The notes: generated by a model not told the origin, from the letters alone. 64,000 nucleotides of DNA from Calcarisporiella thermophila CBS 279.70 (GCF_041956535.1 NW_027192201.1:796206-860205), one strand, 5' to 3'. Counted from the first letter of the stretch, positions 24,001 to 36,590 are shown. Numbers and translations: made by a program.

Positions 24001-26108
24001 GTTAACAAGGAGAATATTAGAAAAATACAGTGATATGCCTTTATAGGGAGACCTGTAGAATACTCACCCAATAATACTCCTTGCGCCAATTCTTGAATTT
24101 TTCATCCCAATATCGTTGCTGATGTAAATCTTCTTCCTCTCCCACATCGTCCTCTATTATTTCCGCTTGATCATATTTTTTAAGTACTCTTTGCAGCGCA
24201 GCCTCGCTCTCTTCATCTTCTTCATCCGAAGAATCCGACGTCTCCACTTCAATATATACATGTTTATGATCTTCATGATCATGCTCTGTAGCAGCCCTCA
24301 CACCTAGATCCTGCGCAAGTTTTTGCACGAAGTGACGGTCACGTCCAGGTAGATCTGGGGGAAAATGCAAACTTGATTGATTTGTAGGACGATTCAAGAT
24401 AAATGCTCGAATTTGCTCGTAGAGCTCCTTTTGCCGCGGAGTGAGTGCAATTTTATTGCCCCCGCCGCTACCACGCTTGCCTTTTGCGCCATCGGCTCGT
24501 TTTCCATGTAGCCATTGGAGATCTACCACTTCAGCCTCAAAAGTTTCCCTCTCAAAGCTGCAGAGTTCATTGAGAACAAGCTCGAGACGCTGGACATTAA
24601 GTGTCCCACCATCATTGATGTATCCATCTAAAAAACATAAAAACAACTAATCAATAACTATTGCGAGAAAATTAGAACTAAATAAACAGGATCTACCGCA
24701 TTTGGGCAAAACTTTCTTGTAAATATTAAACATGAGTGCGAGCGCACCCTCATTAATGTGCAGGTTCGGTAGATGGGGAAGGAAATCATTGCCAACGAAC
24801 AAGCCCAACAAAATGAAATCGTCGATGATGCGCTCCAAGTCATAATCGAAGTTAAGTGTATTGCGAAGAGAGGAAAATTCCAGATCGAGATATTCACGCA
24901 AGATAGAGAGATGAAGTAGATAGAAGTTCTGAGACTCTGGCCCACTGGATAGAAAGCCAAAAAAGAGTAAGCTATATAGTTTTAATAAAAAAGAAGTGGA
25001 TAAAAAATAAATTATTTACGAAGGTTTCTTATTTCGCTGTTTCCCAAACACCACCTCCTCACGGAGGAGAGCGAAGTGTGGATCATGACTCAGTAGCCCA
25101 AGCATGATCAAATCAGCATCTAATCCATAGAGACAATGGCGTACGTTCGGATTATAATCAGGCTGCGCTTTGGAGAGACGTATATATTCCATAATTTTAT
25201 GTTCTCCTTCCCCGGGCACCTAATCAACAATAGCGTTAATGGTTGCCAAGTGTTATTTATCAAAGGAAATTACATCATGACCGGACAGAACCACATCAAT
25301 ATCTCGCCAATTAGCGTCTTCTGAAACTTTCTTCGTGACAAAATATTGAAGCTGTTTAGATAGTTTTGCCATGAATTCAGTGCCTTTTCCAAGAAAAAAA
25401 TTAGGGAACTTTTCCATTAGCTCCGAGAAATATTTAAAATTTACCAGGGGTGATACAATTGCTATCAAAAGGCGCTTCTTCCGGTAACTCTTCACCACGT
25501 TGTCGTGCTAGCCTAATACGCTCGGCTGCATCCCTTGCCGTCCTGAACCGGCGCGATCGCTGCTGATTCATTTTTGCTCTAGGTGCAACGCCTGTTATAT
25601 TACAACATAGCATATTTATTTATATATTATACATGCTATGCTTATAACTGAGAAAATATAACAAAATTCACTCTTACCGTCTATCGCCATGAAGAAGAGT
25701 TTCTTTGGTTTGATCTTAAGAAACAAGTGGTCAATGTAGTTAAATATAGCAATAAAGATTTCATCTTCCGAAATCCGATAGTGTGCATCTTCGTCTTTAG
25801 GATGGGAGCAGTTGTGGATAATTCCGTTCATATCCAAATAAAGATTATCTGTAAGAGCGAATAATATTAATAAACCTAGTTATTATAAAAAGTAAAGTAG
25901 TTAAATATCTATAGTAAAGAAAGAAACATGCCAAATTCTGGTATTCGATTTTCGGTGATGAGCTGACTACAGAGCGGATATCGCTCGCTAGACGTTATCA
26001 AAGAATTAAACCAGAGTTTCGGTCGTAATCGTCTGAATCTCAAGTCCAGAAGACAAAAAATCAATGTATAATTTACCTCATCCATCGAAAAAACTTCGGG
26101 ATTCCCAT
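21064..26108 (-). CDS. XRN1: 5'-3' exoribonuclease 1; many exons
   Basis: [11 protein letters not shown]|ERYP..IPEF|[16 protein letters not shown]|[71 protein letters not shown]-terminal SH3-like [21 protein letters not shown]-rich tail. Confidence 0.97.
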
Positions 26109-26349
26109 GACTACAGTTTTTCTCTATCTGCTGCTCTCCGATCTGTTCTGAAATGTCTTCACACTCTACTGTTCTTTTTGATCGTTATTCGAATGTCAAA
26201 AAAATACCAGGAATAAAAATTAAGAGTCATAAGATGACTTGAGTGGCGGAGCATCTTAGGTTAGGTTACAATCATTTATTTGACGATATCTATTTTAGGA
26301 TGCGTGTTTTTATCTTCTCTTCTAATTGGATCATTAATCACTTCCCTGG

Positions 26350-26579
26350 ACGCGTTTATTTTCGCATTTATAAACCGTTAGATTTTTTTTTCTCTTAAGT
26401 CGTGTTTTGGAAAAAAAAGCAAATCATCTAGCAGTTTTGTTTGCTTTGATGCTTTAAAACTTTTTTCAGGAAACTACCTATTCATTTTTTTATACTCTCT
26501 TTACCCCATTACTTTCATTATTACAACTTGAAGAGGATACTTCCATAATTCCACCATCTTACTTACGCGTCATTTTGAA
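26350..26579 (+). promoter_or_regulatory. Two ACGCGT (MCB-like) boxes; the second abuts a TTTGAA (CHR-like) hexamer upstream of the CKAP2-like gene
   Basis: ACGCGT at 26350-26355 and 26565-26570; TTTGAA at 26574-26579; ATG at 26665. Confidence 0.4.
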
Positions 26580-26664
26580 ATATTTCTCACCATCTTCCTA
26601 TATATCTTCTCATTTCAAATATTTCATTTTCAAAACCACACATATTAGAAAGAATTAGAAAAAA

Positions 26665-28945
26665 ATGAAGAAGCAGTGTGTCCTTGTTGAAACTAATACG
26701 CACAACCAGTTACCTAGCTATAAGCAGGAGGAGCGACGTAGGTTACTCGAGCAATATCGAAATAGAAAAGATAAGGAGTTGATTAAAAACGTATCAGAGA
26801 AAGAGTATGGCTTTTCCACGTGTATTTTTCAAATCCCATTTTAATTTCTATTGTCTTTTAGGAAAAGAATGAGCAAAGCTCTGCCCGATGAGAAAATCGT
26901 GACTAAGCCCCCCGTTATGGCCAAAGGTTTGATATCTATGGATTTACCTACTACACCCACTCTTTTTACTAAAATTTAATTCGCTTTCCTCAGCAAAACT
27001 TGAGTCTCGATTGAATAAACCTTCCACAACTGAAGAGAACCTGTCGGCTCAATCCAAAAAAACCCTTGTGCAAGATCCTCGACCATGGCGACATAATATG
27101 AAAAAGCCTACTACTAAACCCGATGTTGTCTCTAAAACTATTGACAATCATAAGCCAGCAGTCTTCCATCATGTGGAAAAGGGGAAACTGCTGGAAATCC
27201 GCCCTATTAAACAAACGAATTCGTCGTGCCCGCCTCCAGTTAGAACAAAACCTGCTACCGCCCGTCGCAACATCACTCCTGAACCTGCCATTAAGGAGGA
27301 GAAGAACACAGAAAAGAAAGATATTCCTATGACCCTGGAGGAACTATCTGATAAGAACTATCGGCCTGCTCCTAAATCAACTATAATAACTCAACTCGGA
27401 ATGCCAGAGCGGATAAAACCAACCTCTGATTTGCCCTTAACTCCTCCTGCCTCGTCGCCATCCTTGATATCCACTGCCCAACATCAACTGCCAACCCCTG
27501 CGCAAAGCATTCCTAAAAAACTGACTCAGCCCTCAGCAATACAGAGCATGTCTCATATCTCTAAAACATTTACTCAGAGAGAACCTCCTTTTGACATTCC
27601 CAGCTTTGCATGCACTCCTATTCATCGCCGGCTTTCTCAGAAACCTCTGCGGGTTCCTATTGTTGTCAATGATGCTGATGCGACCGGATTAATCACTCCA
27701 GAAGCTAGCCTTATTGGGAAAAGTATGATCCGTACGCCATATAGCTCCACTCCGATCAAGATATCAGAATTAGGTGGATATGAAGAGAAATCTATGGACA
27801 AGAGCGTTGAGAGTGCATGTGCCGGCCGAGGACGAGGACATGGGGCCTCCCTTGCCCAAACACCTCAGAGTCTTATCGAGATAAGTAAAGCAGAAGAAAT
27901 GTCGACCTCCACCCTTGTGCCCTCCACCACCCAATCGGAAGATGATCCCCCCGAACTCACCCATTCTGACTCTTCTTTCAACACCTCCTTCGAAACCGAA
28001 GGAGATTCCATCCTCTCGTTGCCAGGGGCACTGCCGGCAGATACTTTTATCGAAGATGATCTGCAAGATGAATGCTGCGATCTTTCCAGTGTCCAGTGGC
28101 GTGATGCTGCTGATTTTGATTTTGATATTCCGATGGAGAAATTACCAGACGATACTTTCTTTGAAGGGTCGAGAAGGATTAGCCATCGACTTAGAATGAC
28201 CGAACTGTCATTCAAAGGAAAATCCATCCCCTTACCAGACGATACGTTTGACGATGCAACCTATACAAAAATCAGCAGGCGAATGACATCATTCGTTGAA
28301 GCCAAATTGCCTGACGACACTTTTGCTACCCTAATTGAGGACAGTGTCAAAATAAGAGATACCCGTGGATCAGATTCCGAGATTGACACAATATACGCAA
28401 GACGGCGATCTAGCATTGTGGATCGACTTCCGGAAGACACCTTTATTTCTTCCGAAGATGAAGAAGTGCCGCGATTAAGCAGTGTGGCCGCTGAGAGAGT
28501 CGCATTAGCTGAAAAGGAAGATCAACGTAGGAGACAATCAGCGGCCGTACGCGAAGTGGCAAATTTGTTGCGAGACACTAACCTATCTCGTCGAGTTCGG
28601 TTCGTGGATTCAGAGCAAGCGACCGGGCAAAATCAACATGGGATTGGATCTCATGTACGCTACGCAGCGACTAGGCCCGCACGCCGTGGATTATCTTCCG
28701 CCGGATCTATCGACAAAAATGAAGAAGTAATGACCTTCAGTCCAGTAAGGAGATCGTCCCGCATTGCCCAAAAGATCCAGCATCTCCCATCTTCTTTGCG
28801 ACCACAAGCAGCTGAGGTTGACAATTTAGCTGAAGTTGTGGATGGAGAATTTGGATTTGTCCCAAACCAGGCACTGAATGTACGAATGGCTGCGAAACCA
28901 GCTCTTCGCACGCCCATTCATAAGAAGCGCGCCAGTATCTTTTAG
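26665..28945 (+). CDS. CKAP2/CKAP2L-like disordered, basic, probably microtubule-associated protein; 3 exons
   Basis: Exons 26665-26804, 26862-26926 and 26994-28945 join in frame. N-terminal EERRRLLEQYRNRK and C-terminal SPVRRSSRIAQKIQHLPSSL..VDNLAEV..FGFVPNQAL match the CKAP2-family terminal motifs as I recall them. Confidence 0.65.
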
Positions 28946-29143
28946 AGCATCAAGATTTCCTAGATATTGTAGAAGGGAATAACCCTCTCTCAAGGTTTAG
29001 CACAGTAGTTTTCTTTTCACTTCGAATATATTTCAAATATAATTTCAATTTTTATATGTTGGCGTTAGTTGGCAATAAAAGAGTGAAATCTTGTAATTAA
29101 TCAGGTATTTACAATAGCTACATTGAAATATGTATGTATATAT

Positions 29144-31029
29144 CTACAAAAACCCTATGTCCTCAACTTGGTTGAGCGCCAACAAAATCCTCCTCACTCT
29201 TGCCTCGCTCTCCTTATTACTCTCGTTGCTCTCCCTAGAACTAGACAAGCCGATCACACGTACAACAAATCGAACCAGGTGCTCTAACAGGTGTATGCTC
29301 GCATAGGCTCCAACTCCTCCACCTCCAATTCCTCCTCCCATTCCTCCTATAGCAAATTTTCTCCCGCTAGCACTGGACGTCTTCGTCCGCAATGTAGCGA
29401 AAATTGCGGAACTCCGGACTCCCAATTCCACCAATCCATTTGCCAATGCCTCCCATCCATTCACGTTTGTATTGCATATACTCTGCAAGGACTCTATATA
29501 TTCGACCAAATGAGTCGCATTCTCTAATCGATGCATAACTCGGACTTCATTGACACGCGACACCAATCTCGCAGCCCACCGACAATGTATGGCCACAAGC
29601 TCCAGAATGATATGCAAGAAATTGTCACTTGGCAGGGCAGCAAATTCACATGAATCGAAAACCAGCTGAACTACGTCGAGAACAGAGTCCATCACCTAAA
29701 GAACGAAAGCATTAGGCACTAATGGACATGCAAATAAGAAAAAAAAAAAAGCAATTGCCTTGACTATACGCGAATCTTGGACATCCAACTCGCCACCCTC
29801 TATCACACTTTCGCACCATTGTGCTTCCTGTTGCATTCGGCTGACTACTTGTTCTAGAATCCCATGCACCCATTGCTGCACTGCTTCAAATATTGAAGCA
29901 TCAACTGCAAGTCCATGTGCTTTGAGGCTTAGGCCTTTTTGCGATAGTACATCACCGTAAAGTGCTCGTTTACGGTCAAGAAGCTCGCGTGCAGACTGTA
30001 TATCTATGTCGGAAGAATTATTATAAATAGGAGAAGAAATCGTGGTTGACATGTCTTGAATAATCTAAAATGAAAAAAAATATTTAATCACACAAGCAGC
30101 GGAATATCCCTAATAATCTGAGGTTCACCTCTATATATTCTATCAGTTTCACGAATCCTCGTTGGTAGTTACTCCACTTAGGGAAAACATTCTATTTTAC
30201 AAAATCATTCAATAAATATTTTAACAATTTTAGATAATAATTGCTTACAGCCAAAGGGATAGCGCCATTTTTTGTCACTCGTATCATCTCCTCTAGTAAT
30301 CCATCCACTCCTGAACGAACCTCGTCGATTGCTCTAATTCGAGCATCAAAAAGTGAAGACATAAGTTGTTCCAAACTTTTTCCTTCTCCCTCACTAAAAG
30401 TTTGCATGTTTTCTCCTTTCACGAGACGCCGAACTAGAGCAATCCGGTTCGAATGAATATTGCTATTAACACTTGTATCCAGACTCCAGCGAAATCGCCG
30501 CACCTTTCGTATTACATTTTGCATTGCATGCTCTTTTTCCTTTGCTTCTTCATTGCTTTCCATCTCCACTGTTTTACTGGCATTCTCATTTGTTACCTGC
30601 AGTAAACTTGCAAGCCTACAACTAAGCATTTGTGAGATTTTTCTTGATTTTACGATTTCCTCTCCTTCACTCTCTCCACGCTTTCGCTTTTGAATACGAT
30701 TGTTCGTATGCAATGACTTTTCATTATCGATTACATAGGTCTGTGCTAGGGGAGGAGGTGGTCTTGAATAAGTGGGGAGTTCCGCTAAGCCCTCATTATG
30801 CAGCAGATTTTCAAGTGAGGTTAGCAGCAAATTTGCTGTCTGTTGCCAGAGAGAGCCTGTATTCATTGGATATACACAGTTATGTATATGCGTTGAATGT
30901 GGGCATCCTTCTTGGTATGAAAACATGGTTTTAGTTGTTGGGGGAATCTTGAATAAGTGTATTCAGTTGAGTAAAGAGACATTGGATCAAATAATTGAAA
31001 TAGTCACAAATGCTTACATCATGGAGCAT
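29144..31029 (-). CDS. Hypothetical protein, helical with a central QKRKR NLS-like motif; 5' end unresolved
   Basis: Three long same-strand ORFs (30192-30926, 29696-30052, 29144-29695) bounded by GT-AG splice signals; no recognisable family motif. Confidence 0.55.
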
Positions 31030-32204
31030 TTTGACAAATTACAATAAGTTGTCAAGGATCGAGGGGGTAACATTGGGTTTAGTCTGTACCAAAATTATAT
31101 CTGCATATTGAATTGCGGCTCTGAGATATGGTGAATAAATAGCTTAAGATTGGTGTATTGGATAGTAAGATAGTGCAAAATATATCCACATACATAGCAT
31201 TCGCCGTTAATCATCAATGATAATAAAAGTTGGCGAGGAAAAGAGTAAGACATGCTTTCACAGAACCTTGCAGGATCTCATTATTGTGAATATAGGCCCA
31301 TTAAAACTGGAGAGGAGGGGCTTTTATTCATTTTGACCTGGGGCAAGCTTGCTGTAAACTTATGCCTGTGATTTGAAGGCTTATTTGCCTTTACTATTCT
31401 ATAGACTTCATTAGTGTATCTATGGATATCTACGCTTTCATCTCTCAACCTTCACTATTACTCTGATGGAATAGTTGTTTGTAAATTAGACTTCAACTAT
31501 GAAAAATTATAGCCTTGATATTTTCCCAGTTTCCATCCCCCCGTGCAAGCCTGGGCTTTCTCATACCATAGTCTTGAGAAAAATTTTGCCCTGTACCACC
31601 ATTTGCTCTCGTTTAACATCAACTTTACAATAACCTCGCTGCGAGTGCATTTCAACGAAAGTTATCTTGACCTATCTACACTTTTCTCAATATATTTCAA
31701 AGCAATACATAGGCCTCCATGCGAATAATTCAGCGCATCGAAAAATTGCTCTACTATCTAGCGGAATCTCAATTTCTAGTCACATGCCCAGTAATCGAGT
31801 ATAGCACTTCCCTTTTTTCACGACCAATTCTGTGGCTTCGAAGACAACTCAGCTTAGGATTCATAATTTACAGTGTAATTAGGTGTGACCACTTACCACT
31901 TTTTAATTTAGTTAGAGTTGGCTGTGATACTTTAATGTGTGTATTAACTCTAACTTATCGATATGTATCTTTAGTCAATGAGTAGTGTTTTCGAATCTTG
32001 CAACGATTAGTCAGTCGACATTCCCTTACAACGAAATAGGAATAAGGAAATTAGAATTAATATTAGTATCTTCACAGTATTATACATAGGCTCAACATGA
32101 TGAGGTGTGAGATAAATTCTAGTTAACTCTTTTCATAAATATTATAGACAAAGCAGTGGTAATTGTCCAACATTTGGTGGAAATACAAGTCCCAATTTTT
32201 CTAT

Positions 32205-34007
32205 TTAATACTTGAGCACTGACTCAGGTAAAAAGCTCCAAATCGTCCCAAATAGAGCAAGGATGGTACTCATAGCTATTAACATAACATCAACCATTTT
32301 CTCCCTATTGCTCATGGAGTGCCCGAAGATACGCAAACGGCAAGCCAGGGGGAATATAGCAGCGATGGCGAAGGAAAAGAAAGACCCAAGTAGTGCCTAT
32401 TTATAACCATAAATAAATTTTCAGTGAATACTTTGACTCCAAGTATGTGATGCATCTAACCATGACGCGATCAAAGCCAGGAATAGCGATAGCGATAAAA
32501 ACCACCACGCTCACAAGTAGGGTACGGATGGTCATCTGTAGTGGGAAATGCCACTTTCGTATAAAATTCCAATGATCGATTGCGTACTGGGATCGGAAGA
32601 ACATGAGCTCGAAAGTCAAACTAATCGGGTTCATCGTCAAGGCAAATTTGGACATAGGATTGACTACGATCAACCATACTGCAATATGATTGATCCAGCC
32701 CATATAGCCATCCGTGGCCATTAGATTCTTGGTAATTTCCTCCATTGTTTCTCGTCCGAACATCAAGTAGCCCGATGCTGCCATTGTGAAGTAGATGCTT
32801 GCAGTAGCCAGATAAGTTCTGTCTACAACTGTACCGAAGCGCTTGGGGTTTTTCATCTCTCTATAAATCGAAGGGAAAACCGCATGGCCAGCAAAGCCAG
32901 CCATGATAAGGCCAAACGAAAATGGGAGAGATAGCCAATTTTCAGGCCACAGCGTCGTGGGCATGGGTGAGAGTAGACTGCCTGGTGCTTCCCCTTTTGA
33001 TAGGCCATCGATGAGTACCACTCCTACTAAACAAAACGCTGATACAATTCCAACCAGCGACCAATAGGACAAGATGTGGATGGGAAGCCAAGTAGATGGC
33101 GCAATGATGGCAAAGCCGATTAATTTCAGTGTAGTAAGACTCATATGCGGAAACAAAATCTTCAGAGAATCTCCAATTAGAATCACCTGGCTAACCGCTG
33201 CCGCCATTAGTTCGAGCATAAATGTTACAGTAGTGAAGCTTCGGGAACTGGGGCCGAATGCTACGACGCCCATATCTGCATAGGTATTTACATTGGGTGC
33301 AGAATCCATACAACGTGAAATCGAAATAGCTGTATAGCGAGTGACAGCACAACAAAAAATGAAAATGAGAGTACCAAGTATCCAGCCTGCAAACCGGAAA
33401 CCCAAAGGGAGAGCGAGGATCCCTATGCCCATAAGGACATTAATGCTATTGAAAACGGACTAATAGAATAAAGAATAACATTAAAGTAGTCCGCAGGTTC
33501 CATTATTGGAGACTGCTAAGGTTTTACCTGCGACACCGAAGATAGGCCATGATAAGCCCCGTCTTGATAAACTTGACCCTCCTGATCAGCATTATCTTGT
33601 GTTGATTCTGCACGATTCTGCAATGAATCCCATCGTGCTAGGGAATCTCTTCTCTGTGGTATAGATTCTTCAAAACCAGGGATACCGCTTGCGACAGAAC
33701 CACGTTTTGCGCGTAGTAACGGCGATTGTTCTGCGAAAGGCGAATAAGTTGTTGAATAAACAGACACTGCATCGTATGGATCGATTCTTTCGGAAGAGCT
33801 GTCCGCCACAAGTTCATTAAATTTGTAGTTGACGCTGCGAGAATAAGAGCTAGCCCAGCTATTGATGGATGTGGAGAGGCGTTGAGAAAAGTTATCTGCC
33901 GCGGATTGAGGATCAAGCTGCGAGACACTGCCACGACGATGTGGTATATTGAGGGCAGGGGAGCCCACTATGGTGGGGGGAGGATGATCACTGCTCGAAT
34001 ACGACAT
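32205..34007 (-). CDS. AVT1: Vacuolar amino acid transporter, AVT1-like (Aa_trans/SLC32-38 family); 3 exons
   Basis: SSVSQ|SVFNSINVLMGIGILALPLGFRFAGW, FGLIMAGFAGHAVFPSIY, NPMSKFAL; EQSPLL acidic dileucine-type vacuolar signal in the N-terminus; stop at 32205. Confidence 0.88.
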
Positions 34008-34366
34008 AGAGTTAGGGTTGATTAATTAATGTGCAGAGTTTTCCGATGGATTCGCAGAATTCACAAGGGCAACAAATACAAGGTTTTTTGCGGGGACAAA
34101 AAGGAAGGACAGAAGCACAGAAAAAGCTTTGCGAATAATTCAACGGTCTTTGAAGAAATTCAGATTAAAGCGGCTTTGTCCTACAATTTATATGGTTGGT
34201 ATGCTGCGACACATGCTTTTCCCTTCAATTTGTGAACGGGAAAGGAAGTTTATTTCAAAATCGATCCTTGACCTCCTACTTGTCCTTCCTCGTTCTATAA
34301 CGCGAGATTTCTTGCGGCTTTTCTTATTTTCTGCTTTTGTTTTTCTTTTACTATGCAATAGAAAAT

Positions 34367-36212
34367 ATGGGAGGAATATGTTGCAAGGAGGAAAATATCG
34401 ACTTTGACGATGAGGGTATTAAACTTTTGTTACAAAGGGGTTGATAGCTTTTCGTTCTCTTACCAATGCCATATTTTTTAAAAAAAGTCCATTTGAACCA
34501 TTTCAATCTTATGCGCAGTGTAGGAAGGGGTTCATTTGGAAAGGTGCGCGTCGTTCAGCACAAAAAGACAAAAGAAATGTATGCTTTAAAATATATAAAT
34601 AAGGCGAAATGCGTAAAAATGCGCGCCATTAAGAATGTGATTTCGGAGCGGCGCCTTCTAGAGTCGCTCGACTACCCATTTATTGTAAATTTACGATACG
34701 CTTTTCAGGTGAATAGCAATTCTTCATGTTTACTAAGTGGTTGTCTTAATATCAAATTGTCATTACGCTCAGGATGACGTTAATTTATTTATGGTGATCG
34801 ACTTGATGTTGGGGGGCGACCTACGCTTTCACCTGGAGCGAATGGGGAAGTTCCCCGAGGAATGCGTGCGTCTCTATGCGGCAGAGCTTTCTTCTGCCTT
34901 GGACTTTCTGCACAGCAAAAGAGTTGTCCACAGGTAAATATCAACCCAATAATCAGGGTGTTTTTCCGTATTGAAAAATCTATTCGATAAAGAGATATAA
35001 AGCCGGACAACGTGCTACTGGATTCCAAAGGACATGTACATCTTACCGATTTCAATATTGCCGCCCACTATAACGAGAGTAAGCCCCTGACTACTTATGC
35101 TGGTTCATTGGCTTATATGGGTAAGTCGATTTTCACTCTTCTCCCCGCCGATTATCATTGGGGGATAATAAATTGTACTGAATAGCTTTCCATTTTTAGC
35201 TCCGGAAATTCTTCAAAGACATGGGTATTTGAACTCGGTAGACTGGTGGTCGTTGGGTGCAATGCTTTACGAGATTGTCTTCGGCGCACGTCCTTTCCGC
35301 GGAAGAACTAGCAGCGCATTAACCAATGCTATTATCCATGACCCGCTACTGTTCCCCCCCGATGCACATGAAGTGGCATCGCAAGAGTGTATAGACTTTA
35401 TAACACGCCTTTGTACCCGAGAGATACCCAATCGCCTCGGATGTGGTGAAGAAGGATTTGCGGCCGTCAAAAGCCATCCCTGGTTCAAGGACCTGGATTG
35501 GGAAGCCATCAAGGAGAAAAAGGTGACTCCTAAGTTCGAGCCGGACTCGACACAATCAAATTTCGATGCAATGCATGAGCTTGAGGAGTTGCTCTTGGAA
35601 GACGACCCACTCACCATTCGCAAGAAAAATAAAACCAGACCCATCATAGGGCAGCCTGATTCAGTTTTGGGTCGAGGGTTTACGAACAAGTATGGACTGG
35701 AGTTGAAAATGCTGGAGGAAGAGTATCATCCCTATAATTTCACGCGAGTGAACGAAATCGCAAGACAACAGAAACGGGCCCATGCGGTGATTACCTCAAC
35801 TGGAGAGGGCGTGGACGTCGTATCTCCTACATTGTCGCTTGCAAGAAAAGGACGCCAATTCAAAGGAGACTTTGAACAGGCCGCAATCGCTCGATTCAGA
35901 GAGAATGAAAGTTGGAATAGCTTTGGAAGCACCGAAGAGAGAGATAGAGACTACGAGGGAGATGAAAAAAGCTCATCTACAAAAGTCTTGTCGAATCATC
36001 ATCTTCCATCTGCTAAGAGATTGGAGGAGCTACGGACAAAGGAATTAGACGGCCGAGAATTTGTGAGAAAAGTGACCAATGTCCGTGGTCGCCTTGAGGT
36101 CGGCGGAGGAGTTTGCGGAAGTTTTGATGATGGATTCGAACTGGACTCCAAGGAGAGAATAGCTGAGGATGAGGAATTTACAGAAAAAATGGTTTCCTTA
36201 CCGACGAACTAA
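34367..36212 (+). CDS. AGC-group YANK/STK32-family Ser/Thr kinase; 5 exons
   Basis: [16 protein letters not shown]|[25 protein letters not shown]|DIKPDN..LTDFNIA (the DFN typical of YANK)..YM|[21 protein letters not shown]. Confidence 0.92.
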
Positions 36213-36590
36213 TCACTATAATCTAAATACCATTTTGATATTTATTGATACAGTCCTTCTATTCCTTTTCATTATTTAATTGATTCTTATAATTACCACG
36301 TTGTTTTCCCTCCTGTTATTACCTTTGGTATGATCGCTTTGTGTCGTTGCTATTTATTTTATTTATTTAATCATCCTATTATTAAGTTAATCGAATTAAT
36401 GAATCACTTTCGTTATAGTTGACTCCTTAGGACAACTTAAAGACAAAAGTGGATATTAATTACAGCTTAAATTTGGAAAATTATTAATTTATTCTGATTT
36501 TTGTCACGGTGTCTTGCCCTAGCTTGCTTATCAAAAACGTCTGTACATTTCAGGAATACTTTCGGATTAAATATTTTGGACGAAATGAAA

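Noticed and set aside
35041-35060. Kinase DFN instead of DFG, suggesting a pseudokinase
   Set aside because: DFN is the normal motif in the YANK/STK32 family, and the catalytic Lys and HRD are intact.
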